Below, one piece after another: positions 50,122-59,889 of a DNA stretch of 63,949 nucleotides. The DNA comes from Candidatus Dormiibacterota bacterium (GTDB lineage: Bacteria > Methylomirabilota > Methylomirabilia > Rokubacteriales > CSP1-6), in NCBI GenBank assembly GCA_035569855.1, contig DATMMH010000223.1:1-63949 (forward strand), given 5' to 3'. The translations under genes were made by a program, and so were the position numbers. The notes beneath the pieces were generated by a model. It was not told the DNA's origin. It saw nothing but the letters and a program-made list of their open reading frames with translations, and searched no databases. Within the stretch, counting starts at the first letter, position 1, and the number at the start of each line of letters is the position of its first letter.

Positions 50122-51522
50122 CTACGGGTCAGCCGGATGCCGCTCGTGCCAGTCGGTCACGGACTGGTAGGCGCGCGCAGCGGCGAGGATGGTGTTCTCC
50201 TCCCACACCCGGCCCATGAACTGCAGGCTCGTCGGCAGCCCGCGCGCCCCGAAGCCGTTGGGCACCGCCACCGCGGGAAGCCCCGCCCCGTTACCCACCG
50301 CCCCCATCACGTCGCGGGCGGTCCCGCGGATGGCGCTGCGCACCTCGGTCCCCAGCATGGCCGCCACCGTGAGGCGTCCCGGGGCCACCAGCGCGTCAAG
50401 CCGCGCCAGCACCCGATCGGCCTCGCGGGCCATCACCCCGCGCAGCCGCAGGGCCTTCAGATAGTCCTTGGCGAGGACGGTGTCGCGCACGTAGGGCATG
50501 TAGTGATCCTCGGGCGCGGTCAGCTCCGCGATCCGCCCGCTCTCGATCAGGTCCTCGAACGCGCTCGCCGCCTCGGCGAAGAGAATCGTCCGGGTGATGT
50601 CGTCGTACGGCAGGTCCGGCAGCGTGACCTCCTCGAGGGTCCCGATACCCCTGAGCGCCTCGAGCGAGCGCTCGAAGTTCTCGCGCACCGCGTCCTCGCA
50701 GCCGTCGGTCACCCCGCGGAGGACGCCGAAGCGGAAGCGCCGCGCGCGGGAGCCGTCGGCGTCGTAGCGGAACGGCCGGTCCGCCGACGTGGGATCCGCG
50801 GGATCCCGACCGGCGATGGCCTCGAGAACCAGGCCGCAGTCGTCCGCGCTGAGGGCGAGCGGACCGAGCTTGTCGAGCGTCCAGCAGAGCGCCATCGCGC
50901 CGTGCCGGCTCACCCGGCCGTAGGTAGGCCGCAGCCCGGCGATGCCGCAGTTACCCGCGGGCGAGAGGATGGAGCCCCACGTCTCCGATCCGATCGCGAA
51001 GGGCACGAGCCCGGCCGAGACCGCGGAGCCGGAGCCGCTCGATGAGCCCCCGCTCCACGCGTCGCGGTTCCACGGGTTGATACCGGGACCGGTGAAGGAG
51101 GCGTTGGGTTGGCGATAGCCCATGCCGCCGGCCAGCTCGACCATCGCGAGCTTGGCGCAAAGCACCGCGCCCGCGTCTTCCAGCTTCCGGACGACGGTCG
51201 CGTCGAAATCGAAGACGCGATCCTTGAACGGGGCGGCGCCCCACGTGGTCGGGACCCCGCCCGACGTGGCGAGCAGATCCTTGGCTCCGTAGGGAATGCC
51301 GTGGAGCGGCCCGCGATAGCGGCCGGCCGCGATCTCGCCCTCGGCGCGCCGGGCCTGCTCGAGCGCGCGGGCTCGCGTGACGGTGACCACCGCGTTGTAG
51401 CGAGGACCCAGCCGCTCGAGCCGATCGAGAAACGTCTCGGCGAGCGCCACCGGAGAGAGCCGCCGCTCGCGAATCAGCTCGCCGAGCCGGCGCACCGGGA
51501 CGAAGACCACGTCCTCGGCCAT
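50122..51522 (-). CDS. amidase-signature enzyme (GatA/AtzE-like)
   Basis: 466 aa with a GGSSSGSGSAVSAGL amidase signature and a GIPYGAKDL Lys context. Confidence 0.9.
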   Translation of the reverse strand: MAEDVVFVPVRRLGELIRERRLSPVALAETFLDRLERLGPRYNAVVTVTRARALEQARRAEGEIAAGRYRGPLHGIPYGAKDLLATSGGVPTTWGAAPFKDRVFDFDATVVRKLEDAGAVLCAKLAMVELAGGMGYRQPNASFTGPGINPWNRDAWSGGSSSGSGSAVSAGLVPFAIGSETWGSILSPAGNCGIAGLRPTYGRVSRHGAMALCWTLDKLGPLALSADDCGLVLEAIAGRDPADPTSADRPFRYDADGSRARRFRFGVLRGVTDGCEDAVRENFERSLEALRGIGTLEEVTLPDLPYDDITRTILFAEAASAFEDLIESGRIAELTAPEDHYMPYVRDTVLAKDYLKALRLRGVMAREADRVLARLDALVAPGRLTVAAMLGTEVRSAIRGTARDVMGAVGNGAGLPAVAVPNGFGARGLPTSLQFMGRVWEENTILAAARAYQSVTDWHERHPADP

Positions 51523-51734
51523 CAGCCGTCCGCCCGGAACGGGGTGAAGGGCTGGCCCGGCTCGTCGGCATTGTCGAGCCGCACCGCGCGAAGGGCGTGC
51601 GCGGCCTCCACGACACCCTCGATGCCCTTGCGTACCGCCTCCAGCTCCTCCGCGGTCAGGCGGCTCCCGTAGCGGTCGCGCACCAGCGCGAACAGGGCCT
51701 CGACTTCCGCGCGCGCCGCCTCGGTCCCGCTCAT
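51522..51734 (-). CDS. GatC/AtzG-like small subunit candidate (70 aa)
   Basis: Its stop overlaps the amidase ATG (TGATG). The helical N-terminus plus LRAVRLDNADEPGQPFTPF resembles the GatC C-terminal V-x-EP...F pattern. Confidence 0.55.
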   Translation of the reverse strand: MSGTEAARAEVEALFALVRDRYGSRLTAEELEAVRKGIEGVVEAAHALRAVRLDNADEPGQPFTPFRADG

Positions 51735-51746
51735 CGCGCTCGCATT

Positions 51747-52586
51747 CTAGCGGAGGCGTGGATCGAGCGCATCGCGGAGTCCGTCGCCGAGCAGGTTGAA
51801 CCCGAGGACGGCCATGAAGATCGCGAGTCCGGGCAGCGCGGCCACATGCGGGGCCACGTTCATGTACTGCCGGCTGCTGCTGAGCATGCTGCCCCAGTCG
51901 GAGGTGGGCGGCTGGACACCGAGGCCGAGAAAGGACAGGCCCGCCAGCGCGGTGATCATGCCGCCCACGTTGAGGGTGACCGCCACGATGAGGGGGGCCA
52001 GGCAGTTGCGCAGCACGTGGGTGAGCGAGAGCCGCAGCTCGGAGACGCCGAGCGCCCGCGCGGCCTCGACGTATTCGGTCTGCTTCACCGCCAGCACGGT
52101 GGCGCGCACGATGCGCCCATAGAACGGGATGTTGACGATGGCCACCGCCACCATGCCGTTGACCAGCCCGGGCCCCAGGGTCGCGATGATCGCGATCGCG
52201 AGGAGAAAATACGGAAAGGCCATCAGCGTGTCGATCGAGCGCATCACGAGCTGATCGACCCAGCGGCCGATGAAGCCCGCGAGCAGCCCGCAGACCGAGC
52301 CCAGCGCGGCGGCGAGCGCGGTCGCGGCCAGGCCCACCACCAGCGAGGTGCGCGCGCCGTAGAGGAGCCGGCTCAGCAGGTCGCGGCCGAACTCGTCGGT
52401 CCCGAGCGGATGCCCCACCGTGAGGGGCCGGATCAGCCGCCGCGCGGTATCGATCGTGTCCGGGTCGTGAGGCGCGAGCAGCGGCGCCAGGAGAGCGGCC
52501 GCGCCGAGCACCACCACCAGCGCCAGCCCGAAGACCGCGCTGCCGCTCTTGCGGAACATCCGGACGACGTCGGTCACCGCGCTCAC
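51747..52586 (-). CDS. peptide/nickel ABC transporter permease (DppC/OppC-like)
   Basis: GTG 52586 overlaps the upstream TGA (GTGA). HPLGTDEFGRDLLSRLLYG and EYVEAARALGVSELRLSLTHVLRN are present. Confidence 0.85.
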   Translation of the reverse strand: MSAVTDVVRMFRKSGSAVFGLALVVVLGAAALLAPLLAPHDPDTIDTARRLIRPLTVGHPLGTDEFGRDLLSRLLYGARTSLVVGLAATALAAALGSVCGLLAGFIGRWVDQLVMRSIDTLMAFPYFLLAIAIIATLGPGLVNGMVAVAIVNIPFYGRIVRATVLAVKQTEYVEAARALGVSELRLSLTHVLRNCLAPLIVAVTLNVGGMITALAGLSFLGLGVQPPTSDWGSMLSSSRQYMNVAPHVAALPGLAIFMAVLGFNLLGDGLRDALDPRLR

Positions 52587-53557
52587 TCGTACCGGATACG
52601 CGGATCGAAGACCGCGTAGAGCAGGTCGACGATCAGGTTGACCACGACGAACGTGGTGGCGATCAGCAGCACGCCGCCCTGCACCAGCGGATAATCGCGG
52701 GCCTGGATGGCCCGTACCATCATCGAGCCGAGCCCCGGCCACGAGAAGACCGTCTCGGTCAGGATGGCCCCGCCCAGGAGATATCCCACCTGCACTCCCA
52801 CCACGGTGAGGATGGGGTTGAGCGCGTTCTTCAGCACGTGACGCGCGATGACCGCCCGCTCGGTCAGGCCCTTGGCGCGGGCCGCCCGCACGTAGTCCTG
52901 GCGGATGATCTCGAGCACGCTCGAGCGGGTGAGCCGCGCCACCGCCGCCGCGGACGCGGTGCCCAGCGTGACCGCGGGCAGGGCCAGGTGCCAGAGCAGG
53001 TCGGCGCCGCCGCCGCTGCCATAGGGCGAGACCATGCCCGCCGAGGGAAACCAGCGGAGCGACAGCGCGAACACGAGGATCAGCATGATCCCGGTCCAGA
53101 AGACGGGCAGGCTCACCCCGGTCACCGCGATCGCCATGCTGAGCTTGTCGAGCCAGGAGTACTGCCGGGTCGCCGAGACGATGCCCGCAGCCAGACCCAT
53201 GGCCACCGCGATCAGCAGGGCGCCGCTGGTCAACAGCACGGTGGCCTTGAAGCGCAACAGCACCTCGGGCAGCACCTCGCGACCGAGCGGGATCGACCGG
53301 CCGAGGTCACCCTGGAGGACCCGGCCCATCCACTGGAGGTATTGCACCGCCACCGGCCGATCCAGTCCGAGATCGCGGCGCAGCCGGGCCACGTCCTCCG
53401 CGGTTGCCTGGGCGCCCAGCATGATGGCGGCCGGATCGCCCGGGGCCAGGCGCATCACCCCGAAGACCAGGAGCGAGACGCCGACCAGGACCGGCAGCGC
53501 GAGCAGGATGCGGCGGGCGACGTAGCCCTGGAGGCCGTGCCCTCCTACTGCAGCCAC
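52583..53557 (-). CDS. peptide/nickel ABC transporter permease (DppB/OppB-like)
   Basis: YVARRILLALPVLVGVSLLVFGVMRLAPGDP and DYVRAARAKGLTERAVIARHVLKNA are present. The start is taken as GTG 53557, which overlaps the SBP stop by 13 nt and is uncertain. Confidence 0.8.
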   Translation of the reverse strand: MAAVGGHGLQGYVARRILLALPVLVGVSLLVFGVMRLAPGDPAAIMLGAQATAEDVARLRRDLGLDRPVAVQYLQWMGRVLQGDLGRSIPLGREVLPEVLLRFKATVLLTSGALLIAVAMGLAAGIVSATRQYSWLDKLSMAIAVTGVSLPVFWTGIMLILVFALSLRWFPSAGMVSPYGSGGGADLLWHLALPAVTLGTASAAAVARLTRSSVLEIIRQDYVRAARAKGLTERAVIARHVLKNALNPILTVVGVQVGYLLGGAILTETVFSWPGLGSMMVRAIQARDYPLVQGGVLLIATTFVVVNLIVDLLYAVFDPRIRYE

Positions 53558-55101
53558 ACCTGCGTCAGCACGAGATCGAAGTTGGGGTGGAGCTTGAACC
53601 CCTGCACGCGCTTCCGGTACACGATGACCTGCTTGCCGTGGTCCACGAAGATCCACGGCGCGTCCTCGGTCACCAGCCGCTGGGCCTCCCGGTAGAGCGG
53701 AATGCGGTCCTTCTCGTCGATGGTGGTGCGGCCCTTGCGGAGCAAGTCGTCGACGCGCGGGTTCTGGTAGTAACCGGCGTTGAATGCGGGCGGGAAGCGA
53801 TCGGACGAGAGCAGCATGTACATCATGTGGTCGGGGTCGCCGATCGACGGGTTCCACGACATCTCGGCCATGTCGGGGCTGTCGAGGTACTTCTTGAGAT
53901 AGGCGCCCCACTCCATGGTCTGGATCTTCGCGCGCACGCCCACCGCGGCCAGGTTCGCCTGGATGACGGTGCCCATCTCCACCGGCGACTGCATGCCGGA
54001 GCCGGACTCGGGCACGAAGAAGGTGAGGTCGAAACCGTTGGCGTAGCCCGCTTCCTTCAACAGGGCCTTGGCCTTCTCCGGATCGTAGGGGTACCGGACG
54101 GTCTTGTCCTCGTGATAGGGCCCGTAGACCGGCGACAGCGGCGTGGTCGCCACGATCGCGGTGCCCTTGAGGATGTCACGGATGATCGCGTCCTTCTGCA
54201 CCGCGTAGTTCAGGGCCTGGCGCACCCGTCGGTCCCGGAGCGCGGGGTGCTTCGTGTTGAGCGCGATGTACCACACCGCGGAGGAGTTGGCCTCCGCGAC
54301 CACCACGTCCGGGTCCTTCCGGAGGTCCGCGAGGCTGTCGGGCGGCACGTCCATGGTGAGGTCGATCTCGCCGGTCTTGATCGCGGACAGCCGCGCCTGG
54401 GCCTCGATGATCGGCACGTAGATGGCCTGGCGGATCTTGGGCGCCCCGCCCCAGTACTGATCGTTGCGCGAGAGCACCACCCGCACGCCGGGCTCCCACG
54501 TCTCGAGCTTGAAGGGCCCGGTGCCCACCGGGTGCTTGACGATGTCCTTACCCCACTTCTTGAGCGCCTCGGGGCTGTAGACGTAGAGCGAGTGGTGCGC
54601 GAGGTACTGGAGAAACGGCGTGAGCGGAGCCTTGAGCCGGATCTGCAGCGTGCTCGGGTTCACGACCTCGACGCCGGCCACGTTGCCGAGGAAGCCCTTC
54701 ACGTAGGGATACGTGCCCGTCCCGTAGAAGGGGCCCTGGTCGTTCATCTGCCGATCGAGGCAGAACTTCACCGCCTCGGCGGTGAGCGGCGTGCCGTCGT
54801 GGAACTTCACGTTCTGACGCAGATTGAACGTGTAGGTCAGCCCGTCCTTCGAGATGTCCCACGACTGGGCCAGGCCCGGAACGATCTTGTAGGTCCCGAG
54901 CTCCTGGGCGACCAGCCCCTCGAACATGCGCTTGATGACCCGCGTGGAGTTCAGATCCGTGATCTGCGGCGGATCCATGGTGACGGGCTCGGCGAGCAGC
55001 CCGATCACGATGGCGTCCTTCGGCGGCGCCGCGACCGCGGTGGACACCAGAGCCACCGCCAGCAGGACCAGCCCGATTCCCCACGCCCGACGTCTCGACA
55101 T
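53545..55101 (-). CDS. ABC transporter substrate-binding protein, family 5 (peptide/nickel)
   Basis: ATG 55101 follows GGGAGG. Signal peptide MSRRRAWGIGLVLLAVALVSTAVAAP is present. 518 aa. Confidence 0.85.
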   Translation of the reverse strand: MSRRRAWGIGLVLLAVALVSTAVAAPPKDAIVIGLLAEPVTMDPPQITDLNSTRVIKRMFEGLVAQELGTYKIVPGLAQSWDISKDGLTYTFNLRQNVKFHDGTPLTAEAVKFCLDRQMNDQGPFYGTGTYPYVKGFLGNVAGVEVVNPSTLQIRLKAPLTPFLQYLAHHSLYVYSPEALKKWGKDIVKHPVGTGPFKLETWEPGVRVVLSRNDQYWGGAPKIRQAIYVPIIEAQARLSAIKTGEIDLTMDVPPDSLADLRKDPDVVVAEANSSAVWYIALNTKHPALRDRRVRQALNYAVQKDAIIRDILKGTAIVATTPLSPVYGPYHEDKTVRYPYDPEKAKALLKEAGYANGFDLTFFVPESGSGMQSPVEMGTVIQANLAAVGVRAKIQTMEWGAYLKKYLDSPDMAEMSWNPSIGDPDHMMYMLLSSDRFPPAFNAGYYQNPRVDDLLRKGRTTIDEKDRIPLYREAQRLVTEDAPWIFVDHGKQVIVYRKRVQGFKLHPNFDLVLTQVWLQ

Positions 55102-55160
55102 ACCGGCCTCCCGGAAAGGGTTCGAGTGAGTGCCCCGCATCTTGCCCCAGGGCGCGCGGC

Positions 55161-55189
55161 TTGGCAACGGCTCCCGGCGGCGCTAAGAT
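55161..55189 (+). promoter_or_regulatory. sigma70-type promoter candidate for the ketopantoate-reductase-like gene
   Basis: TTGGCA (55161-55166), a 17-nt spacer, then TAAGAT (55184-55189). GAAGGAGA precedes ATG 55226. Confidence 0.45.
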
Positions 55190-55225
55190 CTCGGCGGGAC
55201 TTCTCTCCAACCGAAGGAGACCGAG

Positions 55226-56278
55226 ATGGCCAAGCGAATGCTCTTCATCGGCGGCGGCGCGATCGGCAGCTACCTGGGCTCGTTCCTCACGCGGGCCGGT
55301 CACGACGTCACGATCGTGGATCCATGGCCCGAGCAGGTCGAGACGGTGCGGAGCCGCGGCATCACGGTGACCGGGCCCCACGATCCGTTCGAGGCGCGGC
55401 CCACCGCGCTGCACGTGCACGAGCTGCAACGGCTCGGCGCGGACTTCGACATGGCCTTCATCGCGATGAAGGCCTACGACACCGCGTGGGCCACCTGGAT
55501 GGCCCTGCCCCACCTCAAGCCCGAGGGCTACGTGATCTCCGCCCAGAACTGCTGGAACGACCCGGTGGTCGCCTCGGTCGCGGGAGTGGAGCGCTCGGTG
55601 GGCCTCATCATGTCGAAGATCGGGGTCGCCCTCTGGAAGCCCGGTCAGGTCGAGCGCGGCATGGAGAAGGGCCAGGGCGCGGGGCACGACGTCTTCCGCG
55701 CGGGCGAGCACGACGGACGCATCACCGACCGCACCACCGAGCTGGCCGACCTCCTGAGCGTGGTGGACGGCGCGCGGCCCACCGACAACCTGTGGGGCGA
55801 GCGCTGGTCCAAGCTTTGCGCCAACTGCATGGGCAATCCGGTGCAGGCCATGACCGGGCTCGGCAGCGTGGAGATTGCCGCGCAACCGCGCGGCCGCGAG
55901 ATCACCATCCGCATCGCGCAGGAGTCGGCCGCGGTCGGACTCAAGCAGGGCTACCGCATTCCCAAGTTCAACGGGCGCGAGGCCGAGCAGTGGGCGCAGG
56001 CCGGCCAGCCCGACATCTACCAGGAGCTCGACTCGATGCTGAAGCCGAAAGAGGGCGCGAGCCGCAATTGGCGCGCCTCGATGGCCCAGGACGTGATCAA
56101 GGGACGCCGGAGCGAGATCGACTACATGAACGGGCGCGTGGTGGACAAGGGCCGCGAGCTGGGCGTGCCCACCCCGGTGTCGACGGCGGTGGTGGAGCTG
56201 ATGCGCGAGGTGGACGCGGGCACCCGGAAGCCGGCGCCCGAGCACATCGAGATCGCCCTCACGCGCGCGGGGGCCTGA
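55226..56278 (+). CDS. ketopantoate reductase (ApbA/PanE) family oxidoreductase
   Basis: The N-terminal Rossmann motif is FIGGGAIGSYLGSFLTRAGHDVTIV. The C-terminal helical domain shows SMAQDVIKGRRSEIDYMNG. Confidence 0.8.
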   Translation: MAKRMLFIGGGAIGSYLGSFLTRAGHDVTIVDPWPEQVETVRSRGITVTGPHDPFEARPTALHVHELQRLGADFDMAFIAMKAYDTAWATWMALPHLKPEGYVISAQNCWNDPVVASVAGVERSVGLIMSKIGVALWKPGQVERGMEKGQGAGHDVFRAGEHDGRITDRTTELADLLSVVDGARPTDNLWGERWSKLCANCMGNPVQAMTGLGSVEIAAQPRGREITIRIAQESAAVGLKQGYRIPKFNGREAEQWAQAGQPDIYQELDSMLKPKEGASRNWRASMAQDVIKGRRSEIDYMNGRVVDKGRELGVPTPVSTAVVELMREVDAGTRKPAPEHIEIALTRAGA

Positions 56279-56293
56279 GGCCCGCGCAGGCGC

Positions 56294-56962
56294 TCAGCGC
56301 ATCGGCACCAGCTCGACCACGCGGAGGTTGCTGAAGACCACCTCCATGCCGCGCTGGTCGACGTAGAGCCCGACGGTGCCCGCACCGTCCGCGGGCAGCT
56401 CCGCGGTGGCCACCGGCCGGCCGTTGACGTAGGCCACGATGCTCTTGTCGCGCACCTCCACCGCCAGGTGGTTGACCGCGCCGTAGTCACTCTTGACGCT
56501 GCGGCTGGCGGTGGGCGGCACGGGGTAGCTCCACTTGCCGGTCCAGTGCGCCACTCGGTAGGTACCGTTGGCGGTGAGCCCGAAGGTCGCGAAGGTGCGG
56601 CCGTCCGCCGCGCCACGGCTGCCGAACATGAGGCCGAAGGCGCCCTCGCGGGTGCCCTTGCGCTGGCGGGCGTCCACCTCGATGCGGACGCCGGCGGGGT
56701 AGGCCTCCGGGCGCACCGGACCGAGCAGGCACGGCGTGGAGGCGCCGATGTTCTCGACCATGTACCCGCCGTCGGCGTAGGACGACTTGCAGATCGAGCC
56801 CTGGGCGGCGGGCCAGTTACGCGGGCTGCGCAGCTCGTCCTCGAAGAGGACCCGCGGCCCCCCGCCGCTGCCCGCGATCGTGGTGCGGGGCTCGATGGGA
56901 GGCCCGCACGCGCCGGCCGCGAGCGCCCCCGCCAGCGCGAGCGTCACGGCAAGCCGCGACAT
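56294..56962 (-). CDS. lipoprotein with lectin/glucanase-like beta-sandwich domain
   Basis: ATG 56962 is the chosen start. Lipobox LAAGAC is present. The pattern is DUF1080-like (F.D.F...W...G.W.V.DG, HLAVEVRDKSIVAYVNGRPV). The family assignment is weak. Confidence 0.6.
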   Translation of the reverse strand: MSRLAVTLALAGALAAGACGPPIEPRTTIAGSGGGPRVLFEDELRSPRNWPAAQGSICKSSYADGGYMVENIGASTPCLLGPVRPEAYPAGVRIEVDARQRKGTREGAFGLMFGSRGAADGRTFATFGLTANGTYRVAHWTGKWSYPVPPTASRSVKSDYGAVNHLAVEVRDKSIVAYVNGRPVATAELPADGAGTVGLYVDQRGMEVVFSNLRVVELVPMR

Positions 56963-57075
56963 CGATCGCCTCCCTTTGTCATGAGTGGTGAGCACTGCTG
57001 GCCGAGAGCCACCTCATCTTTTACACTACACCGGGCTCAAACGACAACCGCGCGCCAGCGGCAGGGAGACCACCA

Positions 57076-58125
57076 ATGCGAGGCATCGTGTTCACCGGCA
57101 ATCGGCAGCTCGAGCTGCGAGACGTTCCGGATCCGACGCCCGGTCCCGGCGAGGTCGTGCTGGAGATCAAGGCCTCCGGCATGTGCGGCAGCGATCTGAA
57201 GTTCTACCGCGCCGCCGGCAACGAGGCGGCGTCCCTCGGCCTGGGCGGCAGCGGCAAGCAGGTGATCGCCGGGCACGAGCCCTGCGGCGTCATCGCCGCT
57301 GTCGGCGCGAGCGTGCACGAGACGGAGGCGCGGGTGGGCCAGCGCGTGATGAACCATCACTACGCCGGCTGCGGCCGATGCAAGCACTGTCGCGTCGGCT
57401 GGTCGCAGCTCTGTCCGCACGGCATCACCGTGTTCGGGGTCACGGGTGACGGCGCGCACGCCCGCTACATGAAGGTACCGGCCCGCACCAACGTGCCGCT
57501 GCCCGACGAGCTCACCTTCGAAGAAGGCGCCGCGGTCTCCTGCGGCACCGGCACCGCCTACGGCGCGCTCAAGCGCATCGACGTCTCCGGCCGCGACACC
57601 CTGGCCGTCTTCGGCCAGGGCCCGGTCGGCCTCTCCGCCACCATGCTGGGATCCGCGATGGGCGCGCGAGTGATCGCGGTGGACATCGCCAACGAGCGGC
57701 TGGCCCTCGCGAAGGAGCTCGGCGCCGACGCGGTGGTGAACTCGCGCGAGACCGACCCGGTGAAGGCGATCCGGGAGCTGACCCACGGCGAGGGCGCGGA
57801 GGCCACCATGGACTGCACCGGGTTGCCCGAGCCGCGGGTGGCCGCGGTGAAGAGCGCGGCCACCTGGGGCCGGATGTGCTTCGTGGGCGAGGGCGGCGCC
57901 ACGACCTTCGACATCAGCAGCGACCTCATCCGCAAGCAGCTCACCCTGATCGCCTCGTGGACCTTCAGCAGCGCGGGCCAGTGGGAGTGCGCGCGTTTCG
58001 TGGCCGACCGGAAGATCCCGCTCGGGCGGCTGCTCACCCACCGCTTCAGCCTCGGCCAGGCCGCCGAGGCCTACAAGCTCTTCGACAGCCAGACGACCGG
58101 CAAGGGCGTGTTCACGTCGTTCTAG
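57076..58125 (+). CDS. Zn-dependent alcohol/threonine dehydrogenase-like MDR oxidoreductase
   Basis: GMCGSDLKFY, GHEPCGVIAAVG, structural Zn in CGRCKHCRVGWSQLC, and GQGPVGL are present. Confidence 0.9.
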   Translation: MRGIVFTGNRQLELRDVPDPTPGPGEVVLEIKASGMCGSDLKFYRAAGNEAASLGLGGSGKQVIAGHEPCGVIAAVGASVHETEARVGQRVMNHHYAGCGRCKHCRVGWSQLCPHGITVFGVTGDGAHARYMKVPARTNVPLPDELTFEEGAAVSCGTGTAYGALKRIDVSGRDTLAVFGQGPVGLSATMLGSAMGARVIAVDIANERLALAKELGADAVVNSRETDPVKAIRELTHGEGAEATMDCTGLPEPRVAAVKSAATWGRMCFVGEGGATTFDISSDLIRKQLTLIASWTFSSAGQWECARFVADRKIPLGRLLTHRFSLGQAAEAYKLFDSQTTGKGVFTSF

Positions 58126-58129
58126 GAGA

Positions 58130-58690
58130 GTGCGCGTGCCCGACGTCAAGATCCTTGGCATTCCCGGCAGCCTGCGCCGGGCTTCGTTCAACCGATTGGC
58201 GCTGGAATCGGCCCGCTGGCTCCTACCCGAGGGTGCCACCCTCGACATCTATGGGCTCGAGGACATCCCGCCGTACAACCAGGACCTCGAGCGGCAGCCG
58301 CCGGCCCAGGTGGTGGAGCTCAAGGCGCGCATCCGCGCGACCGACGCGGTGCTCTTCTCGACGCCCGAGTACAACTACTCGATGCCCGGCGTGCTGAAGA
58401 ACGCGATCGACTGGGCGTCGCGGCCCTACGGCGACAGCGCCTGGCGCGGCAAGCCGGTGGCGGTGATGGGCGCCTCGGTGGGCACCCTCGGGAGCGCGCG
58501 CGCCCAGTACCATCTGCGCCAGTGCTTCGTGTACCTCGACATGCCCCAGGTCAACCAGCCGGAAGTGCTGATCGCGAACGTGGCCCAGCGCTTCAACGAC
58601 CGGGGCGAGCTGACCGACGAGACGTCGCGCGAGCTGATCCGGAAGCTGCTCGCCGAGCTGGTGGCGTGGACGAGACGCCTCCGGGGCTAG
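58130..58690 (+). CDS. NAD(P)H-dependent FMN reductase
   Basis: ILGIPGSLRRASFN and LFSTPEYNYSMPGVLKNAIDWASRP are present. Confidence 0.85.
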   Translation: MRVPDVKILGIPGSLRRASFNRLALESARWLLPEGATLDIYGLEDIPPYNQDLERQPPAQVVELKARIRATDAVLFSTPEYNYSMPGVLKNAIDWASRPYGDSAWRGKPVAVMGASVGTLGSARAQYHLRQCFVYLDMPQVNQPEVLIANVAQRFNDRGELTDETSRELIRKLLAELVAWTRRLRG

Positions 58691-58706
58691 CCCCGGGAGA
58701 GGGAGG

Positions 58707-59798
58707 TCACGACTCGACGCGCTGCCAGCCTCCGTCGGTGAGCGAGCGCAGCACCGCGTCGAGGACGAGCTGCGCGCGCACGCCGTCCTCGAGCGAGGGC
58801 GACGGGTTCTCGCCCTTGCGGATGCCGTCGAGGAAGCGCTTCACGAGGGGGGCGATGGTGGCCTTGCCGGTGACTTCGAGCGGGTCACCCTCACCCGCGG
58901 ATCGAGGCAAACCCGCGGTGATGGCCACCGGCTGCAGCGTGCCGCTGGCGCCCGCGGCACGCAGCTCGCCCACATACCACTTCGGCCGCTCGCGATCGAG
59001 CCGATAGACGAGCGAGCCCTGGCTCCCGTAGGCCTCGAGGAACGCCTCGTTGGCGCCGCGCGCGGCGCGACTCACCGACAGCGTCACCTGCCCGCCCGAG
59101 GCCAGCTCGCCCATCACGCTGCAGAAGTCCTCCGCGTCGGCCGGCTTGCCGCCGCCCGGCACCGAGCGGGACGAGTAGGCCACGCCGGCCTGGGCGGACA
59201 CCTTCGCGAACTCACCGAAGTTCCAGCGCACCATGTCGATCAGGTGCACGCCCATGTCGCCCATCGCCCCGTGCCCGGCCTGGGCGCGATCCATGCGCCA
59301 CGTGGACGCGGCCGCCTCGTCGGCCCAGCGCGCGCCGAGCCACCGGCCGGCCGCGTGGAAGAGCCGGCCGACTCCGCCCTCCTCCACCATCGCGTGGAAG
59401 CGCTGCATCGCCGGGATGAAGCGCCAGTTGAAGCAGGTCATCGCCACGCGCTGGGCGCGGGCGGCCGCCTCGACCATCTCGCGCCCCTCCGCTGCGCTCA
59501 TCGCGAGCGGCTTCTCGCAGAGCACGTGCGCCCCCTGCCCGAGCGCCCGTAGCGCGATCTCGCGGTGGAGGCTCGGCGGCGAGGCGATCACCACGATGTC
59601 GGGCTTGGCCTCCTCGAGCATCTGCTCCCAGCGCTCGAACACGCCCGGCACGTTGTAGCGCGCGGCCACCGACCGGGCCGTCTCCTGATTACGCTGGCAG
59701 ACCGCCACGACCTCGCATCCGTTCGTCTGGAACGCTGGAATGTGGGCGCGGCCGAAGCCGAGCCCGATGATGCCCACGCTATACTTCTTCCGTGCCAT
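58707..59798 (-). CDS. Gfo/Idh/MocA-family oxidoreductase
   Basis: The N-terminus reads VGIIGLGFGRAHIPAF...VVAVCQRN, and EKPLA is present. Confidence 0.85.
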   Translation of the reverse strand: MARKKYSVGIIGLGFGRAHIPAFQTNGCEVVAVCQRNQETARSVAARYNVPGVFERWEQMLEEAKPDIVVIASPPSLHREIALRALGQGAHVLCEKPLAMSAAEGREMVEAAARAQRVAMTCFNWRFIPAMQRFHAMVEEGGVGRLFHAAGRWLGARWADEAAASTWRMDRAQAGHGAMGDMGVHLIDMVRWNFGEFAKVSAQAGVAYSSRSVPGGGKPADAEDFCSVMGELASGGQVTLSVSRAARGANEAFLEAYGSQGSLVYRLDRERPKWYVGELRAAGASGTLQPVAITAGLPRSAGEGDPLEVTGKATIAPLVKRFLDGIRKGENPSPSLEDGVRAQLVLDAVLRSLTDGGWQRVES

Positions 59799-59889
59799 GC
59801 CTCATCGGTCCTTTCGCCGCCGGATTCCCTTCACCCGCGGATTGAGTTAGAGTCGGCCCCATCCTACAGCACGTCCAGAGGAGGCTCCC

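Noticed and set aside
55161-55176. TTGGCA read as a possible sigma54 -24 element
   Set aside because: No GC dinucleotide lies at the -12 position with correct spacing. The site fits a sigma70 -35 with TAAGAT at 17 nt much better.
53587-56334. 915-aa plus-strand ORF
   Set aside because: It runs antisense through the SBP gene and out of frame through the ketopantoate-reductase-like gene. It is Arg/Gly/His-rich and has no motifs.
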